Assembly: GCA_037379345.1 (NCBI GenBank)
Contig: CM074525.1
Span: 24,793,840-24,857,839 of the forward strand
Length of the DNA stretch: 64,000 nucleotides
Direction: 5' to 3'
Origin: Perna viridis
Lineage: Eukaryota
In this document: one piece after another, positions 22,468 to 35,950 of the stretch
Numbering within the stretch: the stretch's first letter is position 1
How the letters are laid out: every line of letters begins with the position of its first letter
Notes under the pieces: generated by a model
What the model was told of the DNA's origin: nothing
Databases searched by the model: none
Seen by the model: the letters and a program-made list of their open reading frames with translations, nothing else
Program-made: the position numbers and the translations under genes

Positions 22468-23254
22468 CTGAAATAGAAAGACACAAATATGAAACATAAA
22501 GTGCATTAATGATGAAAAATAGAAACAAAGTGGAAACAAAAGGTAACTAAGAGGTAGTATGAATACATTTTGCCACTGTTTTACCAAGAGATTGAATCTG
22601 AGGGTAGAAACCCACTGATATTCTGTTTTACCAAGAAATTGAATCTGAGGGTAGAAAATGGAACCAAAGTTGATTGAAGGGTACAGGTTGGTAGAACTGC
22701 TATAACGCCAGTCAATCCTTGACGATTACAAGTAATGTATTTGTTTTCATTCATTTTTTACCTAAAGCGGTCGGAAGAACATATCTATGTTTAGTCCTAG
22801 TAAGATGTATAAATGCACACTTATTAAACTAAAAACAAGCATTATTCGTTGTATAAAACATCATTTTTTTTGTTTATCTCAGAATTTTGCAGTCTTTAAA
22901 TATTTAAGTATAAATTAATTTCAGAAGTAACATGCCTTCTGATTGGATATTAAATTCCGTCTATCTTCTCATGACGTCATAAACCTTTTTAATGATTTAT
23001 TCGTTGGATGTTTAACTTGACTGGGATTATTTCTTTATAGAACGAAAAAATATCACAGCATCCTTCAATATCCATCCACGCCCTATAGATCTCTTGTCGA
23101 TCTGAAGTGCTGTAAACATACACCAATACGAGTATACGTACCATGTAAAATAATCATCTTATGTAAATGTCAAGAAATCTGTACCAAGCACTTGTAAGGA
23201 AATGGTTCTAGGAATTACTAAACTGACACAACCAGCCATAGTTAATATGATTTA

Positions 23255-24750
23255 GGGTGCACACAACTAATTATATTATTATAATTCCAGGGCTCCAGGG
23301 CTGTCTAGATAGATATATAGTGCACACAGTTAATTATGTTATTCCAGGGTTGTCTAGATAGAAATAGAGTGCACGTAATTATATTATTCCGGGGCTGTCT
23401 AGATAGAAATAGAGTGCACATAACTATTTATATGATTCCGGGGCTGTCTAGATAGAAATAGGCAGCACATTACTAATTATGTTATTCCGGGGCTGTCTAG
23501 ATAGAAATAGAGTGCATATAACTAATTATATTATTCTGGGGCTGTCTAGATAGAAATAGAGTGCACACAACTAATTATGTTATTCCAGGGCTGTCTAGAT
23601 AGAAATAGAGCTCATATAACTAATTATATTATTCTGGGGCTGTCTAGATAGAAATAGAGTGTACATAATTATATTATTCTGGGCTGTCTAGATATAAATT
23701 GAGTGCACATAACTAATTACATTATTTCAGCGCTGTCTAGATAGAAATAGTGTGCACATAACTAATTATATTATTTCAGCGCTGTCTAGATAGAAATTGA
23801 GTGCACATAATTATATTATTCCGGGGCTGTCTAGATAGAAATAGAGTGCACATAACTAATTATATTATTTCAGCGCTGTCTAGATAGAAATAGGGAGCAC
23901 ACAACTAATTATATTATTCCGGGGCTGTCTACATATAAATAGAGTGCACATAACTGATTATATTATTTCAGCGTTGTCTAGATAGAAATAGGGAGCACAC
24001 AACTAATTATATTATTCCGGGGCTGTCTACATATAAATAGAGTGCACATAACTGATTATATTATTTCAGCGCTGTCTAGATAGAAATAGAGTGTACATAC
24101 TTATATTATTCTGGGCTGTCTAGATATAAATTGAGTGCACATAACTAATTATATTATTTCAGCGCTGTCTAGATAGAAATAGGGAGCACACAACTAATTA
24201 TATTATTCCGGGGCTGACTAAATAGAAATTGAGTGCACATAACTAATTATATTATTTCAGCGCTGTCTAGATAGAAATAGAGTGCACATAACTAATATTT
24301 TTTCAGCGCTGTCTAGATAGAAATAGGGAGCACACAACTAATTATATTATTCCGGGCTGTCTAAATAGAAACTGAGTGCACATAACTAATTATATTATTT
24401 CAGCGCTGTCTAGATAGAAATAGGGGGCACACAACTAATTATATTATTCCGGGGCTGTCTAGATAGAAATAGAGTGCACACAACTAATTATATTATTTCA
24501 GCGCTGTCCAGATAGAAATAGAGTGCACATAACTAATTATATTATTTCAGCGCTGTCTAGATAAAATAGGAATTACACAACTAATTATATTATTCCGGGG
24601 CTGTCTAGATAAAATAGGGAGCACACAACTAATTATATTATTCCGGGGCTGTCTAGATAGAAATAGAGTGCACAAAACTACTTATATTATTTCAGCGCTG
24701 TCTAGATAGAAATTGAGTGCATATAACTAATTATATTATTTTAGCGCTGT
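23255..24750. repeat. About 49-bp minisatellite, about 30 copies, two alternating variants
   Basis: gctgtctagatagaaatagagtgcacataactaattatattatt(ccggg|tcagc). Confidence 0.95.
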
Positions 24751-25386
24751 GTAGTTTTCAATGAGCAAAAGAAATAAAAATATGGATCAAAGAAAAGTGC
24801 TCCAAATCAGTTTCAAAATTCCACGAGACTTGAAAGGCCAATACATGCAACTCGTACTCTTGTTCAAACTTATTCGTACTCTTATTCAAACTGTAACAGT
24901 TAGAAGTCGCAAAATTCAAGAAAGGGCTGGAATTTCAAAAGCCTTTATTTGGTCCGGAAGGGAAAAATGTCCTGCTCCGCCAGTGGCACCAGTCGCAAAA
25001 ATCTGGTAAGTCAGAGTCTATCTACAAAAATGTCTCCCGACACACTTTGTCAAAGCAGTCATAAAGTGGTTCCACAAAAAAAAATGAAGCATGCCCATGT
25101 GTGATTCACGATTCTGGGTAGTATCATTTAATTTAACACGATGTAAACAGCACTGATCTAATACACAGTTAGTTCAACTTCCGAACGCAGAACCGTCGAT
25201 CTTAACTGAACTTGATTACATACATGTACTTTATATAAATCATGCGAAAATTATCCAACCCATCAACATGAACTTTTTCATTTCGATTTTTTTAACGGAA
25301 ATAAAAATGTAAAATTATGGAGAAATAAAAATTATGGAGAAATAATGCAACTAAATTGTAATCATATACAATATTGTGTTACTTAC

Positions 25387-25479
25387 AGACACCACAAGCA
25401 CACAACAAGCATCCTCTCTCGTCCAACTTAAAACATCCAGGAGCACATCTTGGTGGGTTTCCGCACATTCCGTAGGCAG
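25387..25479 (-). CDS. Exon 2, variant Cys module (AYGMCGNPPRCAPGCFKLDERGCLLCACGV)
   Basis: AAG acceptor, GTAAGT donor, 93 nt, phase 1-1, antistasin-type DxxGCxxCxC ending. Confidence 0.88.
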
Positions 25480-25924
25480 CTTGTAGGTACAAAATAAAAG
25501 GTTTACATTTCGAACAACTCAGGCGTCTACTTTAACCGTATCAATTTTTTGGTTTTTTTTTTTTTTTTGGTATCATTAACAGATAAAACAATATATAGAT
25601 CCTTCTACCATTCCATTCAGATCAAGAAATTTATTTTCTAATTGTTGCCCAAACTTTGCACAAATATTTTCCGACAAAATGGTGTTCTCCAATCCTGGAA
25701 CTCTCCTGTTTCTGTTTCCCTGCGTTCTAGCCAATACTTTCTCATTAATAGGATCAGAATCAGACTCCAATTTTTAACCGTATTTAGTTATTTAGTATTT
25801 AGTTATACTTTCTTGAGTTAAGTTAAATAAAAGTGTAATAATCCGTATCTGTAAGATTTGCTAAAAAGATATAAATATTTTTTTTACATAGATTTTTCCG
25901 GGTTAGTGTAACAAAAAAACTCAC

Positions 25925-25967
25925 AGCTGCCTGAAATAACCATGGACATTGTTAACCAAAACAACAT
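25925..25967 (-). CDS. Exon 1, signal peptide (MLFWLTMSMVISGS)
   Basis: ATG, hydrophobic N-terminus, GTGAGT donor, phase 1; joins to SAYG in the next exon. Confidence 0.8.
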
Positions 25968-27599
25968 CGTGTTTCCTTTTTGTTCGTCCCGCTTCTGTTA
26001 AACACTTTCTAAGAGTATTTTATGTTTCTCTGTTCAGTTAAGTTTATCACCGGAAGTAACAGATGAGAACCAATCGTCGAGCGGCATTTATTTATCTCAT
26101 CACGAACATCATTTTCTGCTGTCCTGTTATCTTGTCCGTCGCGATAGTTTTGTCCCCTATCAGTGACAGCTGTCCCCGCTTAATACCAGAACAACAATGA
26201 CATCGGGGTTCATTAATAAAACGAAAAAAATGGCTCGAATCAGCAAAACCATTAGAAAACGGGAGGGTCTAAAACACGGACGAGTTTTTGAGACTATCAG
26301 AGATCATATTTAAAGAAGTACTTTGTTTTAAAAAATATTATTAAGGTACAAAAATGTTGATCCGGGGGTTGCAAATTGCTTTCAAGTTTTGTCTTTCAAA
26401 ATTGATTTAAAATTTGTTTTAAAAAAAAAGCATAAAAACCATTTACATATTCTATACGAAAATTTAATTTCCTATTAAATTATATTTTCATTTTACAGGA
26501 TTGTTGATGAAAACCACAATGGTGGCTTGTCAGAGTATACCTTCGGCGAAAGTTTGACTGAAATCTCACTTTTCAAAAAGTGAATAAAGAAATCAGAAAC
26601 TTTTTTCTAGAACATATCTTACGTCTAGGAAAACAAAATTAAAAAAAATATTTTAAGAAAATTGAAAAGCCTTATCAAATACGATATTTATAACTTGGTA
26701 CACTTTATGTATTGTTTCAATGGCTTTAGTTTATTTCAGACGGTTTGGTCTACCCGTATCTTTTTAAATTAAAGAAACATTTAAGTAGCAGTCTTATAAA
26801 AACCAGTCAGGAAGTGATTCCTGCATGTGGAAAACCCACTGAACTCACTTTTATTTCTAGTTCAGTTACTGATCACATAACCACACTTAGTTTTTCATTT
26901 GGACGTTGCGCTATTGAGATAAAAATCATATAAATTGTAAGATTTATCGTCCTTGATTTTGTCATAACTTACGACTAATTTTACTCTTACGACTTTTTGT
27001 GAAAAGGGCCACAGATCTATAAATGGGAAGGACAATTGTTACATTAAATTGAGCATATGCAAAATTTTGTGAGCTTTTCTTCAGCATGATTCACTTTAAT
27101 AATGGCACTGTCTGAATTTTATATGGACTGGTACTTAATGATTTAATTGAAGTAAAATCAATCAAACCTGTATATGTTGTTACAACTTTTCATCTTGGTG
27201 ATTGCCGTCGTTTTTGAAATGTGTTTTTTGAAGAAACACCTTTAATTCCGGTAGCATTTTTTGTGTCATGAACAAATAAATTGCCAAAATGGCACCATTT
27301 GTTTATTGAATATTTGCAAAAAAAAGATAGTTAAGTTGGACAAAATAAAAACTACGTTCGTTGCTGATAAAGAAGCGGGGTTTAAAAAGCAGTTCCAAAA
27401 GTTTTTCCTAACTGTTCTGTCATTTTTTATGGAATCACTTACATGCACATTTTATATTTTGGTTAAAAGGACAATGATTTTATTAGAGTTTACGTTTACC
27501 TTGTCAATAAATTGCTGTAGATCATTCGCGAAAGGTGGTTATAGAAAAACATCCAGGAGGGTTTTATCCTTATTCATGTATTACTAAAAACCTTTCTGA

Positions 27600-27850
27600 A
27601 AGAGTGTCCAAGGAAACCAAGATTCGAGCAGAAATCAAAAGAAAAAAAAACTAGACAGGGAAAATAAAAACAAAGCATAAGATGAAAAACTAGTACACGT
27701 ATAGAGGGAAACAAAAGTAAATGGGCAAATAGGACTCCACTATAAACTGGGAGCATAGACCGGTAGGGTAAGCGTCAGAAACAGCCGCCGAGTTTCTAAT
27801 ATAATGTCACGTCCGGGGTTGACGAAATAGAAAAGGAAAACCCATGGCCA
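27600..27850 (-). mobile_element. Diverged Penelope-like 3' end fragment
   Basis: Degenerate match to the family 3' end. Confidence 0.65.
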
Positions 27851-28339
27851 GTTGACCCAGGACTGAAGCTTTTTGTATTTTGTGGCCATTTTTATACCCC
27901 GTTGAAATAAAAAATCTTAATTATTTGGGTTATTTTATTCTCCAACCTTTTCTTTCTGCAGAAAGAAGTAAATCCACAATTATAGGTATCATCGGGAAAG
28001 TCTAATGTCACTCTGCTATTTTACACTTGTGGCGATTTTATCAAATTAATTGGGATTTTCGATTTTTAATAACAAGTCTTATGAAATCGACTCTGAAGGT
28101 TGCACTACGAAAACGTTTCAAATTTGGTACCATTAGGTAGATAATTTGATTTTCGACATCGTGAAACGAAGAAAGAGAAATCAAGGGAACCAAGATTCCG
28201 AGGTAGACGACAGAGGAAAGGAAAACAGGTCTCAGTATGGAACAAAATGTTCATTCACAACATTCCAACACTGTCAAACTCTCATTTTTGGCAATTATGA
28301 TTAAAATAAAGCTGTACCCAAATTATCTGCTCATATGAA

Positions 28340-28905
28340 AGAGTAATCAAGTGAACCAAGATTCTAGCGGAAACCAAAAGAATGTAATCCAGGGACGACA
28401 AAGACCAGACATGGAAAACAGAAAACACAACAAAGAACATAAAGCCACTAAAATAATACATACAAAGTGACTAATGTAAATGAGCAACTCAGACTCCACT
28501 AAAACCGGGGGCATGGACCAGATGCACCTGTAGGGTAAGCGTCCTCTGCTTTTCTAGAACACCGGCCGAGTCAAGTCCGTGGTAGAGAAAAAACTATGAC
28601 ACGTTGAACAAATCAGTTTTCATGGTACAGATGAATACGCCGTAACGGCCCTCGAGTTCATGGTGAGGACCATGAAACTTCTGTAGTGATGACTTCAATC
28701 TTGTAGCAACATAACCCTGTTCCAGAAGCCTATTTTTTAAGAATTCTAGCACGATACAAAATGTCTGTCCGGGGTAGACGAAAGATAAAAGGAAAACTAT
28801 GACATGAACAAATCAGTTTTCATGGTACAGATGTAAAAATATAACCCTGTTCCAAAAGCCTTATTGTAGTTACGGCAAGCTCTGGCATAACGTATGAGTT
28901 GTGAT
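28340..28905 (-). mobile_element. Penelope-like 3' region with internal rearrangement
   Basis: 3' end plus RT tail; the segment ggggtagacgaaag...catggtacagatg is present twice. Confidence 0.8.
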
Positions 28906-29059
28906 GAAAATGAAAAAGAATACAAGAATATGCTTTGACGACAAATTGATTCTTAAATTGGAGGCATATTAGTACATGAAAATCATCATACAAATGATGA
29001 ATGGGTGTGCATGATGGATACTCCAAGCCAATGAACTATAAGGACAGGTAAGTAAAAAT

Positions 29060-31390
29060 CATTTAAACTCCTGGGAGTACAATGCACGGTACTGTGGTGA
29101 AAGTAGTACAACCCTCAGCCCGTGCCCATTTAAACTCATGGGATGAAAAAGGTGCATCCAACAAAGCGTGCCCATCTAAACTCCTGGGAGCATAATTCGA
29201 TATATCTGACAACCTGGCCCATCTAAACTCCAGGGAACATAATTCGATGCATCTGCATACCTATACTCCTGGGAGTACAATACACGGTACATCCATCAAC
29301 ATGGACAAATCTAGACTCTTGGGTGTACAATGCACGGTACATCAACCAACCTGGGCCAATCTAGACTCCTTGGAGTACATTTAAGGACGACTCGGGCCCA
29401 TCTAAACTGCTGGGCTTACAATTCAGGGTACATCCATCAACCCAGGACAATCTAGACTGGGAGTACAATTCAAGGAATATTCATCAACCCGGGACAATCT
29501 AGACTGGGAGTACAATACAGGATACACCCATCACCCTAGCACAATCTTGACTGGGAGTGAAATTCATGGAGCATTCATCAACCCGGGATAATCTAGACTG
29601 GGAGTACAATTCATGGAGCATTCGTCAACCCTGGATAATCTAGACTGGGATTACAATTCATGGAGCATTCATCAACCCGGGATAATCTAGACTGGGATTA
29701 CAATTCATGGAGCATTCATCAACCCGAGATAATCTAGACTGGGAGTGCAATTCATGGAGCATTCATCAACCCGGGACAATCTAGAGTGGGAATAAAATTC
29801 AGGGTACATCCATCAACCCAGGACAATCTAGACTGGGAGTACAATTCAAGGAACATTCATCAACCCGGGACAATCTAGACTGGGAGTACAATACAGGATA
29901 CATCCATCACCCTAGCACAATCTTGACTGGGAGTGCAATTCATGGAGCATTCATCAACCCGGGATAATCTAGACTGGGAGTGCAATTCATGGAGCATTCA
30001 TCAACCCGAGATAATCTAGACTGGGAGTGCAATTCATGGAGCATTCATCAACCCGGGACAATCTAGAGTGGGAGTAAAATTCAGGGTACATCCATCAACC
30101 CAGGACAATCTAGACTGGGAGTACAATTCAAGGAACATTCATCAACCCGGGACAATCTAGACTGGGAGTACAATACAGGATACATCCATCACCCTAGCAC
30201 AATCTTGACTGGGAGTGAAATTCATGGAGCATTCATCAACCCGGGATATTCTAGACTGGGAGTACAATTCATGGAGCATTCATCAACCCTGGATAATCTA
30301 GACTGGGAGTACAATTCATGGAGCATTCATCAACCCGGGATAATCTAGACTGGGATCACAATTCATGGAGCATTCATCAACCCGAGATAATCTAGACTGG
30401 GAGTGCAATTCATGGAGCATTCATCAACCCGGGACAATCTAGAGTGGGAATATTATTCAGGGTACATCCATCAACCCAGGACAATCTAGACTGGGAGTAC
30501 AATTCAAGGAACATTCATCAACCCGGGACAATCTAGACTGGGAGTATAATACAGGATACATCCATCACCCTAGCACAATCTTGACCGGGAGTGAAATTCA
30601 TGGAGCATTCATCAACCCGGGATAATCTAGACTGGGAGTACAATTCATGGAGCATTCATCAACCCTGGATAATCTAGACTGGGAGTACAATTCATGGAGC
30701 ATTTATCAACCCGGGATAATTTAGACTGGGATTACAATTCATGGAGCATTCATCAACCCGAGATAATCTAGACTAGGAGTGCAATTCATGGAGCATTCAT
30801 CAACCCGGGACAATCTAGAGTGGGAGTAAAATTCAGGGTACATCCATCAACCCAGGACAATCTAGACTGGGAGTACAATTCAAGGAACATTCATCAACCC
30901 GGGACAATCTAGACTGGAAGTACAATTCAGGATACATCCATTACCCTAGCACAATCTTGACTGGGAGTGCAATTCATGGAGCATTCATCAACCCGGGATA
31001 ATCTAGACTGGGAGTACAATTCATAGAGCATTCATCAACCCGAGATAATCTAGACTGGGAGTGCAATTCATGGAGCATTCATCAACCCGAGATAATCCTG
31101 ACTGGGAGTGTAATTCATGGAGCATTCATCAAACCTGGTCAATCTTAACTCATTGGTACTTCCCTCAACCCGGGCTCATCTAAATTCCTGCAAGCTGAAA
31201 CAAGGTGCATCCGACATACCGTGCCCATCTAAACTCCAGGGAATACAAATAGGTACATCCGACATACCGGGCCCATCTAAACTCCAGGGAATACAAATAG
31301 GTACATCCGACATACCGGGCCCATCTAAACTCCAGGGAATACCGGTATATTCAATACGTCTATCAACACGGGCCCTTTTAAACTTCTGAG
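29060..31390. repeat. 47-bp satellite with an 8-mer higher-order repeat
   Basis: tctagactgggagtacaattcatggagcattcatcaacccgggataa; the variant cagggtacatcc recurs at about 376-bp spacing. Confidence 0.95.
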
Positions 31391-32439
31391 AGTATATATA
31401 TAATTAGGTACAGTAGACATGTTAGGTGCTATTGCTTTTATTATTGATGCATTTTCCAACATATGTTCTCATTTAAAGCTTTCAGTTTCAATGTGACAAT
31501 AATGAGTTTATTTAAGGGGGAATTTTCGGAATTTCATATTTTCTTCCATTTCACCTGTAGTAGCATTATTCTTCAAACATGCGCTTGAAATGAAGATATA
31601 TATAATGGATACATCGACAATTAAAGTAACAGTACCCAACATGTCTTCTGCACACCGTTTATATGCCAAAAATTAACATTTTAGTTCATGTTAAATTATC
31701 CATAGAATGATATCAAATTTGAGACGTTTTAGTTGAGTTATCTATCGAATGATATCAAATTTGAGACGTTTTAGTTGAGCAATAACTTGTAGAGTCGAAT
31801 TTATGTGACATTTTATGGAAAATCGAAATCCCATTTTGGCTGTTCTGACTCTGACTACGGAAATCGCCAAAATTCATCAAAAGAACTCCAGAAGTATTAA
31901 TTGTGATAATACTAAACAGAATATACCAAATAAGCCTTTTTTTTTTACAGAAAACTAAATACTCTAGGGGTTTTGACATCGAAAAATATGTCAATTTAAG
32001 CGATTTTTCGGTGGGGTGGGGATTTATTTTATTCATTTTACCCTTAAACCCAAAGTGTTACTGTGACTTTCTTAATATATTGTAAAGCTGGGACATTGGG
32101 CTATTCGATGATACTTAAATTTGTTAAGGGCACCAAGGTTATAGTGGTAATCAAAAGAACGCAATCCAGGGACAAAGACCAGACACGGAAAACATAAATA
32201 TTTTTTTATTTTATTTTATTCTTTGTGTGCTATTTTCTTTCATTGAAATGTATATATATATTGAGTAAAACTGGTGGTGTTTGACCTGTATATGACGTTA
32301 TACAACTGCTGAATCTGCCAGTTAACGATACCACCACAATATCAATTTCTGTTGAAACAATCAAACGCCATCCTATAACTATGTTTTTGCACAAAATGAC
32401 TGACCAACTTGAAAAAAGAAGAACGTAGGAAACTCTGAA

Positions 32440-33320
32440 ATTTCCTCTTTTCACTATTAAAAAGTCACACTGAACCTATATCATAATTCAGTGTGACAGT
32501 CTGAACTGAATTGACCTTTTAAGACGCATTTCCTCGTACCTCTAATTCATGAATCTGTTACGCAGATATTTAAGGCGTTCAAGGAAATCGGAGTAGTTAG
32601 TACTTGCTTTAGCGTAGCGAATCAATTGCGAAATATAAACACCACATACAGGAGATGAAAGGATATTGCTGCACACGTAAGGAAAATTTATGATATTAAA
32701 ACAAAAGTCGTCTCTTTTATCATTAATCATAGTGCTGAGATTACCACTATTGTCAAATCCGAGATGTAGTTCCAAGAAAGATGCAGAATAAGCTGTTTCT
32801 GTAGTCTCCTTTAGCGTGAGCTCTGGTGGTTTAATTGATGGTATAACCATTTACCAAAAGATGGACAAAACATCATCAATATATCTGTATGTAAAGTTAA
32901 AGAATTTAGCATCTTTTAAATTTTTATTCTTTACGAGATTCTGAAGAAATTCAGTCTCGTATGAATATAAAAAACGAATCGGCTAGGAGAGGAGCACAGT
33001 TTGTGCCCATTGGAATGCCAACTTGTTGTTGAAAAATAGCTCCTCCAAATGTGACAGATGTGGTATCAATGAGGAAATGAAGCATATGGCAAACCTACTT
33101 TCCTGTGCAGCACACTTCGCCCTCCTGCGGTGTTTAAGAAAAATATGTGTATTTGTAACCAAGAACATATTTTTTGAAACGTGGAAAGATTTACGAATAA
33201 GTCCTTTCAAACAAGATTTCAATTTACTAGTATCATGTGGTAATGTCGTGTAAAGAGTTGGGAAGTTAAAAGTTTTGAGAGAACTAAATTGCCAAAAAGC
33301 TGTGGGATTTTAGGTTTTGG
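32440..33320 (-). mobile_element. Second, divergent Penelope-like (Naiad-type) RT fragment
   Basis: FNFPTLYTTLPH, QQVGIPMGTNCAPLLAD, FTYRYIDD, YISQLIRYA motifs with frameshifts. Confidence 0.82.
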
Positions 33321-34824
33321 AGTAAAACAGACACACACAACAGAGAACATAAAATAACCCAAATAATACGTACAAAACAACAAAAGTCAATAAGCAAAAA
33401 ATCTATTGTTTCCACTACTTTGCAGAATACAAAGGACGCTGGAATAATTTCTCATAAGGTTAATTTGTTTTTGTTGTTTGCATTGTTTGTTTGTTTTGTT
33501 TTGATTTGCATTGTGTAAACAAAAATAACATAAAACCGGATGTGAGGGATATACCGGAGAGGAAGCATCAGAGAGGAGGGATACACTAGTATGGAGGGTT
33601 GCATCATACTTATTTATAACTTTCTACCAGGTAAAATGAGTCATTCCCCTTTGATTAGTTATATTGTCGTTCATAAAGAAACTGGTCGAAGCAAAACCCT
33701 TAAAAATCAGATGTTTGCTCCCGTAGGCAGCGATTCCTAAATTGTAGAAATGTTTAAAATTATTCTGGTGTAAGATATAAGACAAAATCTTCATGGGAAT
33801 GCATAGCTTTGTGTCGGGGTCGAAGTATTGTTTGTAGGGTTGAATTCTGTTGGACGTGCATGTCTTATACATGGTAGAATTATCAGGGGAGAGTCATGTT
33901 TATGGTACAATTCTCTGCTGAGTTCATGTATCGGTACAATTCTCTGCTGAGTACATGTATAGGTTACAATTCTCTGTTTAGTACATATGTAGGGTACAAT
34001 TCTCTGTGAAGTACATGTATTGGGTACAATTCTCTGGGGAGTGTTATGAATAGGTTACGATTCTCAGAGGAGTATTATGTATATAGAGAACAATTCTCTG
34101 TTGAGTGTTATGTATAGGGTACCTTTCTCAGTGGGGTATTGTCTGTAGGGTACAATTCTCAGTGGAGTATTATGTGTAGGGTACACTTCTCAATGGGGTA
34201 TTATGTGTAGGGTACAAATTCTCAGTGGGGTATTATGCAGGTTACGAATTCTCATTGAGGTATTATGTGTAGGGAACAATTCTCTGCGGAATTGTATGTA
34301 AAAAATATAATTCTCTGTTGAGTACATGTATTGGTTCGATTCTCTGTTAAATACATGTGTAGGGTACGATTCTGTGCTGAGTACATGTATACGTAACAGT
34401 TCTCTTTTGAGTACATATATAAGGAACAGTTTTCAGTTGAGTACATGTATAGGGTACAATTCTCTGTTGAGTACATTGTAGGGTCCGATTCTTTGTTGAG
34501 TACATGTATATTGTGCAATTCTCTGTTGAGTCATGTGTAAGGTATAATTCTCTGTTGAGTACATGTATAGGGTACAATGTTGGGTACTTACATAGGGTAT
34601 AATTCTCTGTAGAGTATTGTCTGAATGGTGCAATTCTCTGTTGAGTATATGTATAGGGTACGATTCTCTGTTGAGTACATGTACGGGGTACAGTTCTCAG
34701 TGGAGTATTGTTTGAATGGTACAATTTTATGTTGTGTACATGTATAGGATACAATTCTCAGTGCAGTATTATGTGAATGGTACATTTCTCTATTGAAAAC
34801 ATGTATACGGTACAATTCTCAGTG

Positions 34825-35337
34825 GCCCCGTGCAGGTCCGGGTGTTAAAAGAATAGGCCTGCAGCAGCGCTAAGCTTGTCGTATAAGGCGACTAAATAGT
34901 GCTCAGAAACCTAGCCGGGGGCTAGGCGCTCTGCCCACAGAGCAACTGGGATGTGTGCCCCAGGTGGTGGAATGGGGTACCCCTGGTGTATTACATGCTG
35001 GGGTTGTCAGGCTATAATACGGAAAACCTGACCGCAAACCATAGTGGTGCACCGTGTTGGGAAAGAAGCCACGTTCCTCGCACGTTAAAGAACCCTGCTG
35101 TGGTATTCGATAGGAGTAGGAACCTTTGCGCTCCGCCACAAGAGGCTAAATTGCCCGACCTTACCCATCTCCCCCTTTTTCCAGTGGTAATCAAAATTTG
35201 TCGACCCTATTATCCTTGTGACCCATCCTTTCTTTTTTTCATTTCATGTTCATTTTATCATCCATTTCATGTTCATTGTCTGAATATAGCTGAAATATTG
35301 CTGCTCGGACGTTAAACCCCAACAAACAAACAAACAA
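34825..35337 (+). mobile_element. SINE-like retroposon, copy 2 (full length)
   Basis: (CAAA)n tail; flanked by ACAATTCTCAGTG repeats; contains gcacgttaaagaaccc (Meta-SINE-like core, recalled from memory). Confidence 0.88.
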
Positions 35338-35950
35338 ACAATTCTCAGTGCAGTATAATGTGAATGGTACAGTTCTCTGTTGAGTACATGTTAGGTCTGT
35401 TGAGTACATGTAAAGGTTTAAATTCTCTGTTAAGTAAATGTACAGGGTACAGTTCTCTGTTGAGTACATGTATAGGGTACGATTCTCTGTTGAGTACATG
35501 TACGGGGCACAGTTCTCAGTGGAGTATTGTTTGAATGGTACAATTTTATGTTGTGTACATGTATAGGATACAATTTTCAGTGCAGTATTATGTGAATGGT
35601 ACAGTTCTCTGTTGAGAACATGTATACGGTACAATTCTCAGTGCAGTATAATGTGAATGGTACAGTTCACTGTTGAGTACATGTGTAGGGTACAATTCTC
35701 TGTTGAGTACATGTGTAGGGTACAATTCTCTGTTTGGTACAAGTGTAGGGTACAATTTTCTGTTGAGTACATGTAAAGGTTACTATTCCCTGTTGAGTGT
35801 TATGTACAGGATACCTTTCTCAGTAGGCATTTATGTGTCGGGTACAATTCTCAGTGGGGTATTATGTGAAGGGTACAATTCGCAATGGAGTATTATGTGT
35901 AAGGTACAAATTCTCAGTGGGGTATTATGTGTAAGGTACAAATTCTCAGT

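Larger units (their letters stand above)
2176..25967 (-). other. Complete multi-exon gene: secreted antistasin-like repeat / Gly-Gln-rich protein (about 1,130 aa long isoform)
   Basis: Exons assembled by hand. All have GT-AG boundaries and compatible phases from ATG 25967 to TAA 2176 (3,414 nt including a 24-nt micro-exon). Signal peptide, repeated C-x5-C-x3-C-x2-GY-x5/7-GC-x2-C-x-C modules, AATAAA after the stop. Confidence 0.85.

Noticed and set aside
26010-26030. TATA box for the antistasin-like gene
   Set aside because: Only CATAAAA is present in AT-rich DNA; not distinguishable from background
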